Counted from the first letter of the stretch, positions 40,570-56,639 are shown. The stretch: 64,000 nucleotides of DNA from Eledone cirrhosa (GCA_964016885.1 OZ024745.1:37448001-37512000); one strand, 5' to 3'. Numbers and translations: made by a program. Notes: a model not told the origin generated them from the letters alone.

Positions 40570-41490
40570 ACCAATGCCGACACATTTTACAAAGAGTATT
40601 AAAGTATCATCGGTAGCGCAAGGTAAAGGTGCGTGGTTCAAGTCCTTACACCTGATAAAGTGGGAAGCGCTGGCTGTTGAGATCATGACCAGGTATGTGG
40701 ATACTATTTCATCAACATTGAGAGAACTCCCCGATCAAACTGGGGGAGTTGAAACGAAGCTGAGTGTGTTCAAGTGTTAAACTTCGCAGGCGAAAGCAGC
40801 TGGGTGTAACGCTGAGTGGAAATGAAACCCTTGCTTCAATCACGAGGTTAAAGACCCCGCCCGAGCAAAGAAGGACGCATACAAAGCTTGGCTTAGAAAT
40901 AAGTCTTCCTTCTTGCACTCGTGGTCCAAGCAAGTACCCAAAGTCACAGCAGAGACATTAGAGTTAACCAAGGTTAAGAGATGGGAGGCCTTTGTGGATA
41001 AGCTGGAGTCTAGCTTTAGATCAGCGAATAAAGTATTCTGGCAGACCATCCACCGACGTCGTAGTAAGAAATCACCTCAGCACCTACTATCAGGAACTCG
41101 CTTGAGAATTTTCTCCCTGAAAAGAGATGCATACTCACATGGTGGAGAGAATACTTTGCTGATCTCCTAAATCTTCTGATGTACATGAGTTCTGATGTAC
41201 ATGTAAATGAGGATGAAGACTAACCTCTTGGATGTTTAGTTCACTAGAGAAATTAAATAGTCGAAACGTGGCAAGACCTCAGGGGCAGAGGAAATTCAGC
41301 CCGAGATATTAAAAGCCGTAATTAGAGAAGGTATGGTTGTGCCGGATGCTCTAGATCTCTAGAAAGACATCAAAGCAATGTCTATCGGCAGTGATACTCC
41401 CGATTCTGAAAAAGGGAGACAACAACGCTTGCCCTAATTATGAAGGAATCTCCTTGTTAAGCTTTTCAAGTAAATGTTTGCTAAGTCTCA
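40570..41490 (+). pseudogene. RTE-clade LINE ORF2 fragment (linker + RT N-terminus)
   Basis: AKKDAYKAWL, WEAFVDKLESSFRSANKVFWQTI, WREYFADLLN, GAEEIQPEILKA and NYEGISLLS, across frameshifts. Confidence 0.8.
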
Positions 41491-41829
41491 GACAAGTTGA
41501 TGTAGAGATATTGTCAAGTCCATGCTAGATGACGAACAGTATTGTTTTCACTTGGGACACATTCAGATCGTAGTATAGTATTGCTATTGGATGTGTTTAA
41601 AATATATATATATATATTATGCACATGCGTGTGATTATGTGTCGGCGTGGGTGTCAGTGCATACATATGCACGGTCATGCATGCTAGTTTCAGCATTCAT
41701 TTATCAGTTAAAGGGAGGTAGGTATAAAAGCCGAACTCGTTACCTTCAATTTAGTGTCCGTACCGACTCTTACCTATTGTCATGATTCTTGGATAATGAC
41801 CAAAAATATACAATCGTGAATTCAAGCGG

Positions 41830-42230
41830 TCGAAATGTGTCTCCCCAGAAGGGTTCTAGATTAACGTTATTCGATAGAGTGCGTAGCTCAGAGATGGGGA
41901 GTCGCTCAGAGTCTAGCCGCTACTTCTCAGAATTGAGAGGTCATAGATGCTATGTTAAGGGCTTGGGTTAGAACGCCTAAGGAAAGAATGGATTAATTTT
42001 ATAAGCAAATCCAACCCGCAGATCAGCCACTAGCAAGTCAGTTGGATAGAATCCATGAGTTTGTTTGGTCTCGCTTGGTGATCCAGTCGGATTAATTTGA
42101 GACAGTTGCTTGTAATTGGACCCTTTGGGTAGCATGTCTGAAGATTCTGCACTAAGATTAAGTGGGTCAAGAAAAAGAAGAAGAAGAAGAAGAAGAAGAA
42201 GAAGAAGAAGAAGAAGAAGAAGAAGAAGAA
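41830..42230 (+). mobile_element. RTE-clade LINE 3' end with (GAA)n tail
   Basis: LTLFDRVRSSE...PLLLRIERS; (GAA)n at 42170-42230. Confidence 0.75.
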
Positions 42231-42323
42231 GGGTCCTCTGTATGTGTGTGTGCGCGTGCAGGTAAGAATGTTATTGCTTGTGAGGATCTATAAGTGTACA
42301 TATATAACTCATATATGTACACT

Positions 42324-42371
<48 letters not shown>

Positions 42372-42375
<4 letters not shown>

Positions 42376-42545
42376 TTAGCGCCCGGTGGCTGAGCTCATG
42401 CCGATTCAACGGCTACTTATATACTCACCGTTGCAACGGTACGAGCTCAACCGTCGGACAGTAACTTTTCACTATACACACACTCTACTTTCCTAAGTAT
42501 CGAGCATTTAGTTGAATATGGTATTACTAGTCTAAAGTGGTAACT
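42372..42545 (-). mobile_element. Palindrome-ended element family, copy 5 (old, diverged)
   Basis: Imperfect 40-bp arms containing gagctc, followed by cactctactttcctaagtatcgagcattt similar to the family body. Abuts (TA)n. Confidence 0.6.
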
Positions 42546-42565
42546 ACTAATCTCTCTATGTATCT

Positions 42566-42651
<86 letters not shown>

Positions 42652-42659
42652 CACACAAA

Positions 42660-42965
42660 CATATGGCACTCCGCCGGTTACCACGATGTGTGTTCAAGTT
42701 GATTCGATCAATGGAACAGTCTGCTCGTGAATTTAACTTGCAAGTGGCTGAGCATTTCACAGACATGCGTACCCTTAAAGTAGGTCTCAGATATTCAACG
42801 TGACACAGAATGTGACAAGGTTGACTCTTCGAATTATATGTACAACTCATTTTTGCCAGCTGAGTAACGCGGAATAAAGTGTCTTGCTCAAGGACATAAC
42901 GCGTCACAGTGAATCGAACTCATAACCTTACGATCGTGAGCCGAATACCTTAACCATTAAGCCCC
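42660..42965 (-). mobile_element. tRNA-derived CORE-like SINE
   Basis: Reverse complement has ggcttaatggttaagg...gagttcgattc and tgtccttgagcaagacacttt. Confidence 0.75.
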
Positions 42966-43603
42966 GCTGCAACGTAAAGTCATACACACATTAACAATAC
43001 GAAATCGAAAGACGGACAGAAGAAAAGAGCGTTTCGACGGACGATGAAAAAACCATGTGTCAGTGAGGTCCATTCACTAATCTGATTGGCTATCTGTCAC
43101 CTTTTCACGCCGCGCATTAATGGATATTTTCGTTGATAGAAATGACATAAGCTTATGTTTATGTGAATTGGGTTAAAAGAAATAGATCTACAAATAAATA
43201 TATAAATATCCACGTATTTTGGAATAATTAAATAAATACTATTAAATATATATAATTCATGTGAAAAAAACCATAAATACATCTCAAGAACATTAAAAGC
43301 TGTAAAAACATTTAATTTTTTTTTTCTAAATTGAAATACTCAAGCGTTTCTTTGATGTATTTTGCGGAAGGTTACAGATATGTTTTGAAAGGTGCTGCGT
43401 CGTCCAGTATATAAAGTTGTTCTGCAGCTGAATGAGAGTCAAGTCTTCGAGTCTCCGGAAAAGAACTTCTATACAACGAGTGTATATTATACATCTTTTT
43501 TTAAACGTAAGCATAACCAGTTATAAATATATATTTATAAAACTATCAATATTCATTTATCTGTCTACGTATACATACATACACACACATACAAACAAAC
43601 AAA

Positions 43604-43704
<101 letters not shown>

Positions 43705-44003
43705 TCAATATGCATGTATATATATCCTGCATCACGTGATTTATAAAGTCGACTCGGGTAAGTGACAAAGGAAAAAAAATCTATTTAACTGCATTTCCTT
43801 TTCTCCGGAGCTATGTTTGTGATGTGTTATATTGATGCTGAAAAGTGAGTGTGATGCACACATATATGCTGACATATGTGCACGCATAGCTACGGCATGC
43901 CATCGTCTGTATGTATATGCATGTAAACAAACATATGTGCATATGTTTATACACGAGAAACAACACGCACCCGCACATATATAAATATATATACATACGT
44001 ATA

Positions 44004-44054
<51 letters not shown>

Positions 44055-44401
44055 ATACCTCCATTTAACACATACATACACTTATATGTGTCAGTGTGCG
44101 TGCGCATACACACACATACAGATGGCTGCAGACATAGCAGGATGAGGGTGCTTTCATCCATTTGAAGCAAATTCGACTATATCTTTAGAAAGTAACAAAA
44201 TCAATTGACCAGATGGTTCGAATTTCTTGCAAGATGAATAATAAATATCTCTGCATCTATAATCATACATTATATAAACATGTATTTATATATCTTCATT
44301 ACGGGTGCTTGTCCATATGTTTATATTTGCTTTAAACATATGCTAGCGACGATTCTATATACATGCATGTGTATGTGTGAATGAATGTGTTTGTTTGTGT
44401 A

Positions 44402-44433
<32 letters not shown>

Positions 44434-44672
44434 TTATTATTATTATTGTTGTTGTTGTTGTGTATATTATTACTATTGTTGTTGTTGCTGCTATTGAATA
44501 TTTTACTCATTCACATGCACGCGTTCATACATACACACACACACACACACACAGAGATACACACACACAGAGACACACACACACACTCACACGCGTGTGC
44601 ACGTACACCACTATATATAGAGAGTTTTTGCTCAAGTTTATTCATATGTTTGTAAGCTAGGAATTCTGAGTA

Positions 44673-44712
<40 letters not shown>

Positions 44713-44886
44713 TAGCTGTATGTGTGCGTATTTCAAACTCATTTCCTAGCAGTAGCACTAATAGAGTGTTTCATAACGAAGGCATGGTACAGCGTAACAT
44801 ATTTATAGCAAGAAATTTTGTTTGTTTATTGTACATAAACATATCGTATATGTCTTCATATACACCCCTGTTGTGTGTGTACGTGC

Positions 44887-44934
<48 letters not shown>

Positions 44935-46684
44935 GTGTATGTATGTTTTGTATAATCCTATATAAACACAGACACATTTCCACACAATGTACAAAATATA
45001 CGGAAGTTATTTGACTCATCTTGACCCACCCACATCCACAATGCTCAGGTGCGAGCATACACACACACATACACACACATACACACACACACACTAACAT
45101 AACACACGCCACACATTAGGCCAGGAGTATAAACTGTGACTAAATCCACCTGGTCGTTACCTCCTACTCTTCGCATAATCCGCTCCTTTATACTGAAGTA
45201 TACATAATGTTGACATATGTGAACATTGTATAAGCGTCCGGCTAAGGTGCGACCAAAATACTGTGTTTCTCCAGAGAAAAACAGTCACATATGGATGGTT
45301 TCTTGTGCTTATTATTACAACACGTCTCACGATTCCATGCTTAACTTTCCATCTGTTTCGATACGCCGTCACATACTTTTCATGAACGATTGTTTCGATA
45401 TAATAAATACCGTATTTTTTAATGTTATCATATACATTAACATATTGACATTCAGAAAGAAAACCACATATATTTATTTATCTATCTATGTATCTGTATA
45501 TATACTTGTCTTTATTTTCTTTCTCACTCTTCCTGTGTGTGTCTACTTTCTCTTTTTATCAATGTTCCTTAAGTACTAATTAAGTACTGGGGATGTAAGC
45601 GGATGAAAACCAAAGTAAATCTACTGATTTTCATTTTTGTTATTGTATTTTAACGTTTCAAAGTTCAAATCCTATCTAAGTTAAATTTGATTTATATCCT
45701 TCTGGGTCGATAAATTAAAGAACTGATGAAGTATTGGAGTTAATTTAACCATGTAACTCACAAAAGCACATGTAACCAGATAAGCACGGAATGTGTGGAA
45801 ACGATATTTAGTATTGAGGGAGTGAGGTTAGTTTATTGGCTGAATGGTTAGAGTATCGGACATAGGGTCTAGAGGTATTTTGTTCCAGTTCTTAAAGGTT
45901 CGATAAATAAAGTATCGGTAAAGTACTGGAATCGATATAATCGATCCCCACTCCCAATTCGTGTTCATGTGCCTCAGTTAGAAACTGTTACTATTATTAC
46001 TATTAGTAGGTGTGGTTGCTGTGTGTAGTGGATTCCCTTACACCGGTAACGGCATGGACAAAATATATCATGTGATATTTAGTTATGAATCTATGTATTT
46101 TTCTGAGTTCGAAACCGGTAAGATCCATTGCACCTTTCATTCTTCTGGATTAGATATAGATTGATAAAATCTTCAGAACACCTGACAAATACTTTACAGC
46201 ATTCGTTCTGTCTCTTTAAGTTCAAATTCGATTAGGGGTCAACTTTGTGCATTTCATCAGTTTCGAGTTGATAAACAAAGTACCAATCAAGGACCAGGGT
46301 CGATAGAATCGCCTACTCCCACACCACAACCGCTATTACCAATTTAGTCACTGTGTGACTAAATTAGAATCTTCAGTCTTCTGGGGTCGATAGAATAAAG
46401 TCTCAGTGAAGTATTGGGGTTGATTTAATCGATTTTCCCCACCTCATATTCCTGGTAGGTTCCCTAAATTAGAAACCATTTCTATTTTTCTTTTAAATTC
46501 AGAAGCTTTTTGTTTTGCCTTATGTTTTCTTTTTCGTTTTCACTTTTTTAATTATATATATTAATTCTTATATTTTCTCTGAAAACCAATTTGTATTTTC
46601 AATTCCGTTTGTGTCCTAAATTTTTGTAACTTAGGAATGTTATTTGATTAGACACGATACACCTTCCTAAATGCACAATATGTT

Positions 46685-47140
46685 GGCTGGCGAAATAACA
46701 GGCAAACCTCCCTGAAATCACAATTTACCTCCTATCGAACCAACGATGGTGCCTCTAGGTGATTGCCCCATATGCTAGAAGTAGATGTCAATTTTCCTTC
46801 AAGTCACAACTTAAACCTCCTATCGAATCACCAATGGAAACTCTTTGCTAGAAATAGAAGTCAGTTCTCCTTCAAATCACCACATACCCTGCAATCCTAT
46901 CGAGTCAACAATGGAGCCTTTACGTTGTAACTCCATCTGTTAGAAATAGTAGCTAAATCTCCTTCAAATTACACCCGACTCTCATCAGAGAGTCAACGAG
47001 GCAGCATTAGAAATAGCAGCCAAATTTCTCTCAAATTACAACCTACTCTCCACCGTGTCAACGAGAGAGCTACGTGGTCGCTAGATATGCTAGAAATAGC
47101 ATCCAAATCCTCCTCCAATTACCACACTTCGCCCTCCCAC
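46685..47140. repeat. Degenerate minisatellite (tagaaatagcagccaaat.tcc.tcaaattacac core, 60-100 bp spacing)
   Basis: About six core copies. A single reverse copy lies at about 21505-21550. Confidence 0.7.
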
Positions 47141-48199
47141 CGCCAGATAATAGTATGTTAAATAGTGTTGGTTTGGGTTCCACTTTCGCATAGAAAAAAA
47201 TACGGAATGGTCACAGCTGGAATGTCTGTTATCCTGCCTGACTTGGGATTTAACCAGAACGAGAACACTATTGGCTGGCGATCCGGAGAGGGGAAACTAG
47301 AGGTCTTAAATGTAGCAAGAGCATATCGGATAGAGTTGTCCGAAATATACTCTGGCAGGATAAAAAAGGTATTGCTCACGGCTTGAATGTAACCTATTGA
47401 TTGTAGGTCTGCACGATCAGGGCTGACATGGATGCTAAACAACAACAACAATTACAATGTTTGTTAGACAAGTCAAAATAGAAATAATTAGGGTGCTATG
47501 TCTGCAATACATGCCTTTGTACATAAGCCTGCTTGATCAGAGCTGTCATGGGAGGGAGGGAGGGAAGGTGGCTAAAAAACAACAATAACACATATGAAAA
47601 ATATATCCCTGGTAGTTTAACTATTGGTGAAGTCGTAGGGGTGCCGTCGTGTTAAAATCGGTGATAGAAAAGGTTCCTTATGGGGTCGATAAAATAAAGC
47701 ACCAGTAATACACTGAGATAGTTGCTGGCCTTGTGCCAAAATTAGAGACAATTATATTTATAGATTTCGAAAGGCAAAGTTGACCTTAGCGGCATTTGAA
47801 CTCAAAGTGATGAGAGCCGGGACGAATACAGCAAAGTGTTCTGTCCGGTGTTCAAACGACTCTACCAAGTCCCTGCTTATCAACAACATATGTTTGACAG
47901 TTAATTTACACAGATTTCAAAAATATACCATATATTTGGTTCCTCGCTAATAACTTTTTAAACGTAAAGAGTCTGTTTTGTTTCTGTACTTTTTCTGCTC
48001 TGCTGTGATGGTGCCTCGTACAACTGACCGATTTTAATCTAATTAACAAATTAATTAACTACGCGCGCTCGCACACGCACACATATATATGCATGCATAC
48101 AGACGCGCGCGTCCACACATACGCATTAATGAAAAAGCTTGTGCACTACTTTTCACTCGGATAAGAGAAATATGTGCACACTCTCCCCCTCTCTCTCTC

Positions 48200-48470
48200 T
48201 CTACATATACATATATATACATATACATATATATACATATACATATATATACATATACATATACATATATATGCATATACATATATATATATACATATAC
48301 ATATATATGCATATACATATATATATATATATATATATACATATATATGCATATACATATATATATATATATATATACATATATATATGCATATATATAT
48401 ATATATATATACATATGCATATATATATATATATATATACATACATATGCATATACATATATATATATAC

Positions 48471-48501
<31 letters not shown>

Positions 48502-48586
48502 CATATATATATATACATATATATATATACATATATATATATACATATATATATATACATATATATATATACATATATATATATAC

Positions 48587-48633
<47 letters not shown>

Positions 48634-48634
48634 C

Positions 48635-48713
<79 letters not shown>

Positions 48714-48798
48714 CATATATATATACATATATATACATATACATATATATATACATATATATATATACATATATACATATACATATATATACATATAC

Positions 48799-48829
<31 letters not shown>

Positions 48830-48836
48830 CATATAC

Positions 48837-48867
<31 letters not shown>

Positions 48868-48890
48868 CATATACATATATATACATATAC

Positions 48891-48937
<47 letters not shown>

Positions 48938-49078
48938 CATATATATATACATACACATATATATATATACATATATACATATATATATACATATATATAT
49001 ACATATATATATACACACACATACATACATATATATATACATATATATATATATATACACACACATACATACATATAC

Positions 49079-49150
<72 letters not shown>
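48200..49150. repeat. ~950-bp interrupted (TA)n/CA(TA)n microsatellite
   Basis: Directly visible. Source of the 340-440 aa spurious ORFs. Confidence 0.97.
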
Positions 49151-49151
<1 letters not shown>

Positions 49152-49309
49152 CGTGCACATGTACGCATCATTATACATCCATATGTTTGTTCGTGAGAAT
49201 AAGTACGTGTGGCTATGTATGTTGCTTATCCCGTGTACTATTCCCCACTCCACCGACTCACTATATTATCTATACATTCCGATCGTCTTATGCTATTGGA
49301 TGTGTATAT

Positions 49310-49540
49310 ATATTTTTTTTTTTTTCGATCGACTTTCGTCAAATCGGACCAAGGAAACAATGTTTCCATTGGTCTTTCCAATTGCTGATACTATCTATCG
49401 GTCGCAACTCCAGGTAGAAGGAGCAATGTGAAATAAAGTGTCTTGCTCAAGGACATAACGCATCACCCGGTCCGGGAATCGAACTCATAACCTCACGATT
49501 ATGAACCCAATTCTCTAACCAACTCAGCCATACGCCTTCA
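49310..49540 (-). mobile_element. Well-preserved tRNA-derived CORE-like SINE (family B)
   Basis: Reverse complement: ggcgtatggctgagttggttagag...gagttcgattcccggaccggg...tgtccttgagcaagacacttt. Confidence 0.8.
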
Positions 49541-49635
49541 CCATATATATATATATATATACATATATATACATATATAAATATATATATATATACATAC
49601 ATATATACATATATATATACATATATATGTATATA

Positions 49636-49739
<104 letters not shown>

Positions 49740-50099
49740 GAGAAGCAAGAAGAATACTGCGTGGTTTGCACATGGGTTACATATGATAAAAATAGTCCTT
49801 CGTCTATGTACATGTGTGTGATTATGTGTCGGCGTGTGTGCGAGTGCATACAAATGTATATAGTCATGCATGCATTTCTACATACAAAAAATGTGAATGG
49901 ATGCATGCATACGTTGCTATATAAAATCCAATGTAACTATACTCACACATACATGAGCGCACATATATTTATATATATCTATATCATGTGTGTCTGTGTT
50001 TGTACATCCATATGTGTGCATCCAGAATACAAAGCAGTAAATCGGTTTAAAAAATATTGCCATAATGTGTGCCTGTATATATGTATAGCTATTATATAT

Positions 50100-50185
<86 letters not shown>

Positions 50186-50600
50186 GCGCGTGTGTGTGTG
50201 TGTGAATGTAGCCATTACATATGCACAAGTATTTATATGAATGTGTGTGTATGTGTTTACATATACATACTATACACGTGTGTACACAGAAACGCCTGTA
50301 TGTATAATGGGTTTAAAAAAATCTGTCATTTAAATACGTCATCTATATAATTAATTCCAGCAATGAGTGTCAATGTTTGATATATAAAGTTCTACCATAT
50401 GTTTTATATCAACAACATGGCCGGCACTATCGTCTGCTTAACTTCATGTTAAACCACCAATAAACCGGTCAACCCGCCAGACAGTGTTCAATTAGTTTCA
50501 ACTTCGATTTATGTACCATTATTTTCAGTCAATTTTTGTCTACGATTTATTGATACACTTTTAATATTTCGTTTTTACTCGATTTATTTTTCATCCATTT

Positions 50601-50669
<69 letters not shown>

Positions 50670-51571
50670 GTGTATGTATGAGTGTGTGTGTGAGTTTGTG
50701 TGTAATATATATCGATCACTTTACTTTTTTTTTTTTTATTCATAATTTTCAAATTATAGATCTCATTTTGTCGAACCACTAGTTAACAGGAAATAAACAA
50801 ACAGTAAAGGACTGTAATGCATTTTTTTCGTTAATGTGGTGTGTGTTTGCTGGTTAGGAAAGTTCTTAATTAACTAATTATTAACGTTTATGGGAGTTCT
50901 ATTTTGTATAATGGAGTCTCTTCATTTCAAAAGCATCTATTTAGAAAGTACCTTTCTCTCCCTAAACTTCTTGAAATTGAAATAGGAAGAGTGAATGGTG
51001 TGTGGAATAACAACAACAACAAAAAAAAAAGAGCTGAAAAATAGAGATTAATAACATGTGTGATAAAAAATACCCATCAGAATGTATAAAAGAGTGAGAG
51101 ATGCGGCACAAAAACAAACAAAAATAAAAACAGTGATATAGAATGAAATACAGTGAGAGACGTAACGGAAAACATATTGAAATAGTGAGATACATCGAGT
51201 GAGAAACAAATTGAAAGAAGTGGAGAAAAACAGACTGACATGGTGAGAAATATAGTGTGTGAGAGATGTATATAGTATCAGAGAGGTGCAGAAACACTGA
51301 CTGAAATAGTGAGATACAGCGAAAGAAGAGAAAGAGTGAGACAGGTAGAGAAAAGCTGGGATAGATAGAGAGATAAATAGAGAGTGAGAGAGGGAGAACG
51401 TGACTGATTTAGAGTGAGAGTGGTAGAACTAGGAGAGATTATTCTTACTCGTGGTAAAGAAGTGATAGATTGTGAATGAAAATCGATCAATAAATAAAAA
51501 TAGATGCTTTTAAATCAGCTAATTGAGGCGTGTTTGAATAATGTATACATGTACGTATATAAATATGTATG

Positions 51572-51639
<68 letters not shown>

Positions 51640-51811
51640 TGCATGCATATATGTGTATGCAAATCCATATATGTTATATATATATATATATGCATGTCTA
51701 TTTATATATATATAGTTCAAGAAACGACAAGACAAACAGTCTTATTAATCACGCTTATATGCTTGTTTATTATATTAAACACTTCCTTATATAAATAAAT
51801 ACACACACACA

Positions 51812-51884
<73 letters not shown>

Positions 51885-52224
51885 GGGGGAGAGTGTTGGG
51901 GGGAGCGAGTGAGCATTTTCTCAGATAGAACATATAGTATGTCAGAACTGATTTGTCGGTTGCTTTTACAATTGGTTGTACAATAATAAAAAGAAAAAGA
52001 AAATACAAAGTTTTATTTTCGCCACTGAAAGAATGCCTCACCATACCTCCAATTTCAAAATAATGCATCACAGTGGTTGAATTCGATCTCGTGACATGGA
52101 TGGCTGGTTGATTGGCTGGTCAAGATAAACATATGCACCAAATTCTGCTTGCATATGGTATACAAGTAAACGTCTGTTGTGCTTTGCTCTCACACACACA
52201 CAAACACACACACATACACACACA

Positions 52225-52329
<105 letters not shown>

Positions 52330-52608
52330 CCATATATGTATGTATGCATGTGTGTATGTGTGCATCTATGTATGTGTGCATACATGTATGTATGATGTAT
52401 AGTTATATGTTAATGGTTTTGCAACGAGGAAAATCAAGAAAATCACTTAAATAAGGTATTTAATACATTGAGTAGAGAATGTAGACAGTACATGATTTAT
52501 TTCAGATCGAAGTGATCTCTAGAGGATGAGAATTGTCTCATTCATTTGAAATCATCAGAAAGGTTCTCCCTGATGAAACAATTGTGTATATATATATATG
52601 TCACTGTG

Positions 52609-52648
<40 letters not shown>

Positions 52649-54834
52649 AATATATCATCGTATAAACTTGAGGGAGCCAAAGGGGTGCCATATTGACATA
52701 CGACTTAGGGCATTTTTTAAAACATGGCGGATCCCATCCCCCCCTCCAGGCCTGGGTACAGCAATTTTTTTTCCAGAGAAGAGTAGAGAGTGGGAGATAA
52801 CAAGTGATGAAGAGACATAGAAGAAGAATCGACCCAGTACTACAATATGGGTGACGTAAAGCAACAAAATAAATACCAGTGATATAAGGAAGTTGTTTCA
52901 ATGGTCTTTATCGCTTCCTTACACATATGTGGTCTTATGGTCATGTGATTAATATAGATTTATTAAATATGTTTTGATTGGATGTTGGCATTTCTTCATT
53001 TCTTGGTCGGCTGATAGCATGTGAAATTGTCGGGAACTTTTTTCGTCTGAATTCACATTTCGACTACGCCCACCGCTAACAAGTGTCTATCTATATATGT
53101 ACATAAATGTATCTGTGCATGTACGTACACAGATACATGTGTATATGTAAATGTGTTTGAAGTGTTTCAACGTATCTGCGTATGTATGAATGTATATAAA
53201 TGTATCTAGTTCTCTCTCTCACTCTTACTCTGTGTAGTCATCATTCTATGTCTGTACATATGTATATGTGTGTATTTAAACACGCTCGTTTGTGCGTACC
53301 TTGCTATACAAGAACACTGGTGTGTAAAAGTCAGAATGCTATTTTGATTTAACAATGATCCAAAAATGAGAAACAGATCCTTGATCAACACCTTCAATCA
53401 GCTATATCTCCACTAAGCTATAGCTCCACTCGGCTCTCTCACACACATTCTCTCTCTCTCTCGGCTTTTTTCGACCTCTCTCTTACTCTCCTCTCTCCAC
53501 CTCTCTCTTGTCTCATTGCACTTTACTTTCATTCTCTTGAATCTGTCAAGCTCAGTTTAAACTTATCTTTAACAGATGGACTTTGGCATGGCTGTGTCGT
53601 TATTAAGTTCTCTTTGCAATTACGAGGTTGCAGTTTCGATCACACTGCGTGGCATCCTAGAGTTGCCTTGCATCAAAGGTGACCAGCCACATTAATTAAT
53701 GTATGTATATATATAATGTTTCTCCTGGTTTCAGTCATTAGGCTACGGGCTTACTGCGGCACCACTTTGATTTAGTCGATCACATCGACTCCAGTACTTA
53801 GTTTTTCAAGTCTGGTATTCATTTATCGACCCATTCGTTGTCGAAGCGCTAGGTTACGGTTCATAACCACGCACGCATACCTGCAAATAGTTCTACTTAG
53901 CCACCTCCACCATCACCACTAGCCCCACCAATATTTCCACCTCCACTAGCACCACCAATATACTAATACCAACATTGATAGATCTTTTTGTATTATTTCA
54001 GCAATGTAATGTTAGTGTGGCGGTGTTGGTGTAGTTGACGGGTAATTGGTGGAACAGGATATATTCTTGTTGATTTCAACTGTTGATGTTGTTGTTGTTA
54101 GTAGCAGCAGCAGCAGTAGTAGTAGTAGTAGTATTGGTGGTGGTGGTAGGATGAAGCAGCAGCTGCAGTGACATAGAGACTTACAACATAAACAGCTGTT
54201 CTTTAGTTTGTTTAAGCCATCACAGCTAAGGACGGGCTGAATCAACGCTGCTTCCTTTCTGTACTTCCTTAATAAATACAACCCCTCTCTGTCACGCACA
54301 TATATACATACAAACATACACACACATATATATATATTTATGTATGTAATCATATGATTCTTGCGATTCCCTACGTTCTGATTTCAAATCCTGCAATGGT
54401 CAACTTCCCTCAGAGGTCGATAAAATATAGCAGCAGTCAAGTACAGGAGTATGCCTAAATTAGAAATGAATAATATTAATTCACACTTGTGTGTGTGTGT
54501 GTGTGAGTGTGTGAGTGTGTGCGTACGCATGTTTTTAAAAACATTTTTATATATTAGTCAACTTCACCATCAGCAGCAGCTCAACTCAGCTAAGCGTTTT
54601 GTATTGCCAGACAATAATAGACCAGAGCGAGTGTGGGTCTCTGATGTTTGCACATTCTTCGATTTTTTAGCCTGTCCAGACTTGACAGACAGGAAAACAT
54701 ACCTCTGCAAGTATTACGAGTGGAACACTGTGTGTGCGCGCGCGCGCGCCCGTGTGTGTCTGTGTATGTGTGTGTGTGTGTAAGGACGTTTTATCTTTAT
54801 TTCTTTTAACATTTTAACATTCTTTTCATACGTA

Positions 54835-54912
<78 letters not shown>

Positions 54913-56639
54913 CCTCCGATAGTGAAGAGGATGAATGTCCTATTTGTTTGATCAACAGAACAGCCTGGTCGCTGAGCAATCCACAGATACGGTTGCCCTA
55001 TATTTTCCGATCGTAATGTCATGAGTTCGATTCCCAATGATGTGTTATGTTCTTAATCAAGACACTTTATTTCATATTGCTCTAGTTCTTTCAGTTGGCA
55101 AAACCCTCCTGAAAGCTACAGTAAAGGTATTCGTGTCTGGAATGTTCAGCCACTTGCAAGTCAATTTCACGAGCAGGCTGTTTCATAGATCAAACATCTG
55201 GGACACTCAACGGAACCATCATAAGCCAAAAATCCACCCACATATATATCTGCCTCTGTGTGAGTGAGTGTGCGTCTGTTTGTATGTTGGTATGTGTTTC
55301 TAAGAAACCTGTCCCTTCGTTAAACTTATACTGTCCTTCTTCCTCTCTACACTCGGCCATTTGCTAACAGTCAATAACAGATAAAATTCATCTATTCACC
55401 AGACAGCAGCTCTGATTATTATCATACGTCGTCTAGACAATACCACAGACACAGGGCATTAAGACAGCCAACATCAGTTAAATGTTCAAACAGACAATCT
55501 GTTACATACTAGTATGTGAGAGAAACGGCGGAAAACATAGAAGTTCAGCTACCCTGTTTGTGCTGTTACTGTTGGAAACAACATGCTCAAATACATCCAT
55601 ACATTGGCATAGTTTTTAAAGTGTCAAATAGAAGGCTTTGCTCTATTCGTTCCTACTCTCTGCTTTCTGGGTTCAAATCTCACCGAGTTCAACTTTCTCT
55701 TCCATCATTTCGAGATAAAGTCCAGTCCATTACTGGGGTCGATACACCCCTCTCGCTTTCTCACTCCCCCTCACTCTCTGCCTCACTCCCCCTCACTCTC
55801 TGCCTCACCTTCTATCTCTCTCCTTCACTAGAAAAAATCGGATGTGTTCAGACATGGAAAGGCGATGGGTTCCGCCATGATTTAACCATGCCCAAAGCAA
55901 TAGCGTTGCCCTTATGACTGCAGCAGGAGTTACGGGTGCATACATAGATATTATGTATATAGCTGATACATTGATGCCAATTGTTTCTACTCAGTGTTGT
56001 AGACATTTGACCATTCCTTTCTTAATACTGTATGGATGGTAAGATATATAGTATTAGTTATTATTGTTTTATCTCCATGTAAGCCCTAAGCCAGTAATCC
56101 AGGCATTCTAGGCATGTCAATCCCATTTTGGATTAAATGCTGTCTTGACATTTAACCCAACAGTTTCTAAGTCTGATATCCTGTTGCAAGCATATGTGCG
56201 TATGTACATATATGTACGTATGTCTACCTGTGCAACTATATTTATATATGCATGCATTAAAGGACATGACTTAGTGGTTAGGGTGGTCGGCTCACTATTT
56301 TAAAGTCATGAGTTCGATTCTTGAGCAAGGCACTTTATTTCATGTTCCTGAATTCCATTCAAATTGCAAAAACGAGATTTAACTTGTAAATAAAAAGGAG
56401 CTAGTCTTGTCACACACTGCCTCGCATTGAATATCTCTAAAATCTACCTTTACGGTGAGCACGTTTGCGAAATGCTTAGCCAATTGTAACGTGAATTTCA
56501 CGATCAAGAACTCAAACACTTCGTCATCGATACCGATGGAGATTCAACACACATACTCACATGTATGTGTATGAGAAAGTATGTGCGAGGCTTTGTGTGT
56601 TTTTGATAATTTTTAAATATCGATTTTGGCTGACAGTTT

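Noticed and set aside
43010-43060. Minus-strand CTGACAC...ccgtcGAAAcgctc hammerhead-like string
   Set aside because: Core mismatched at two positions and stems unconvincing.
46685-47140. CRISPR-like repeat-spacer array
   Set aside because: Repeats are degenerate, spacers are mutually similar, the context is eukaryotic and there are no cas genes.
48055-49431. Six long ORFs of 340-442 aa
   Set aside because: Translations of an interrupted (TA)n microsatellite (YI/IY repeats) with no coding signal.
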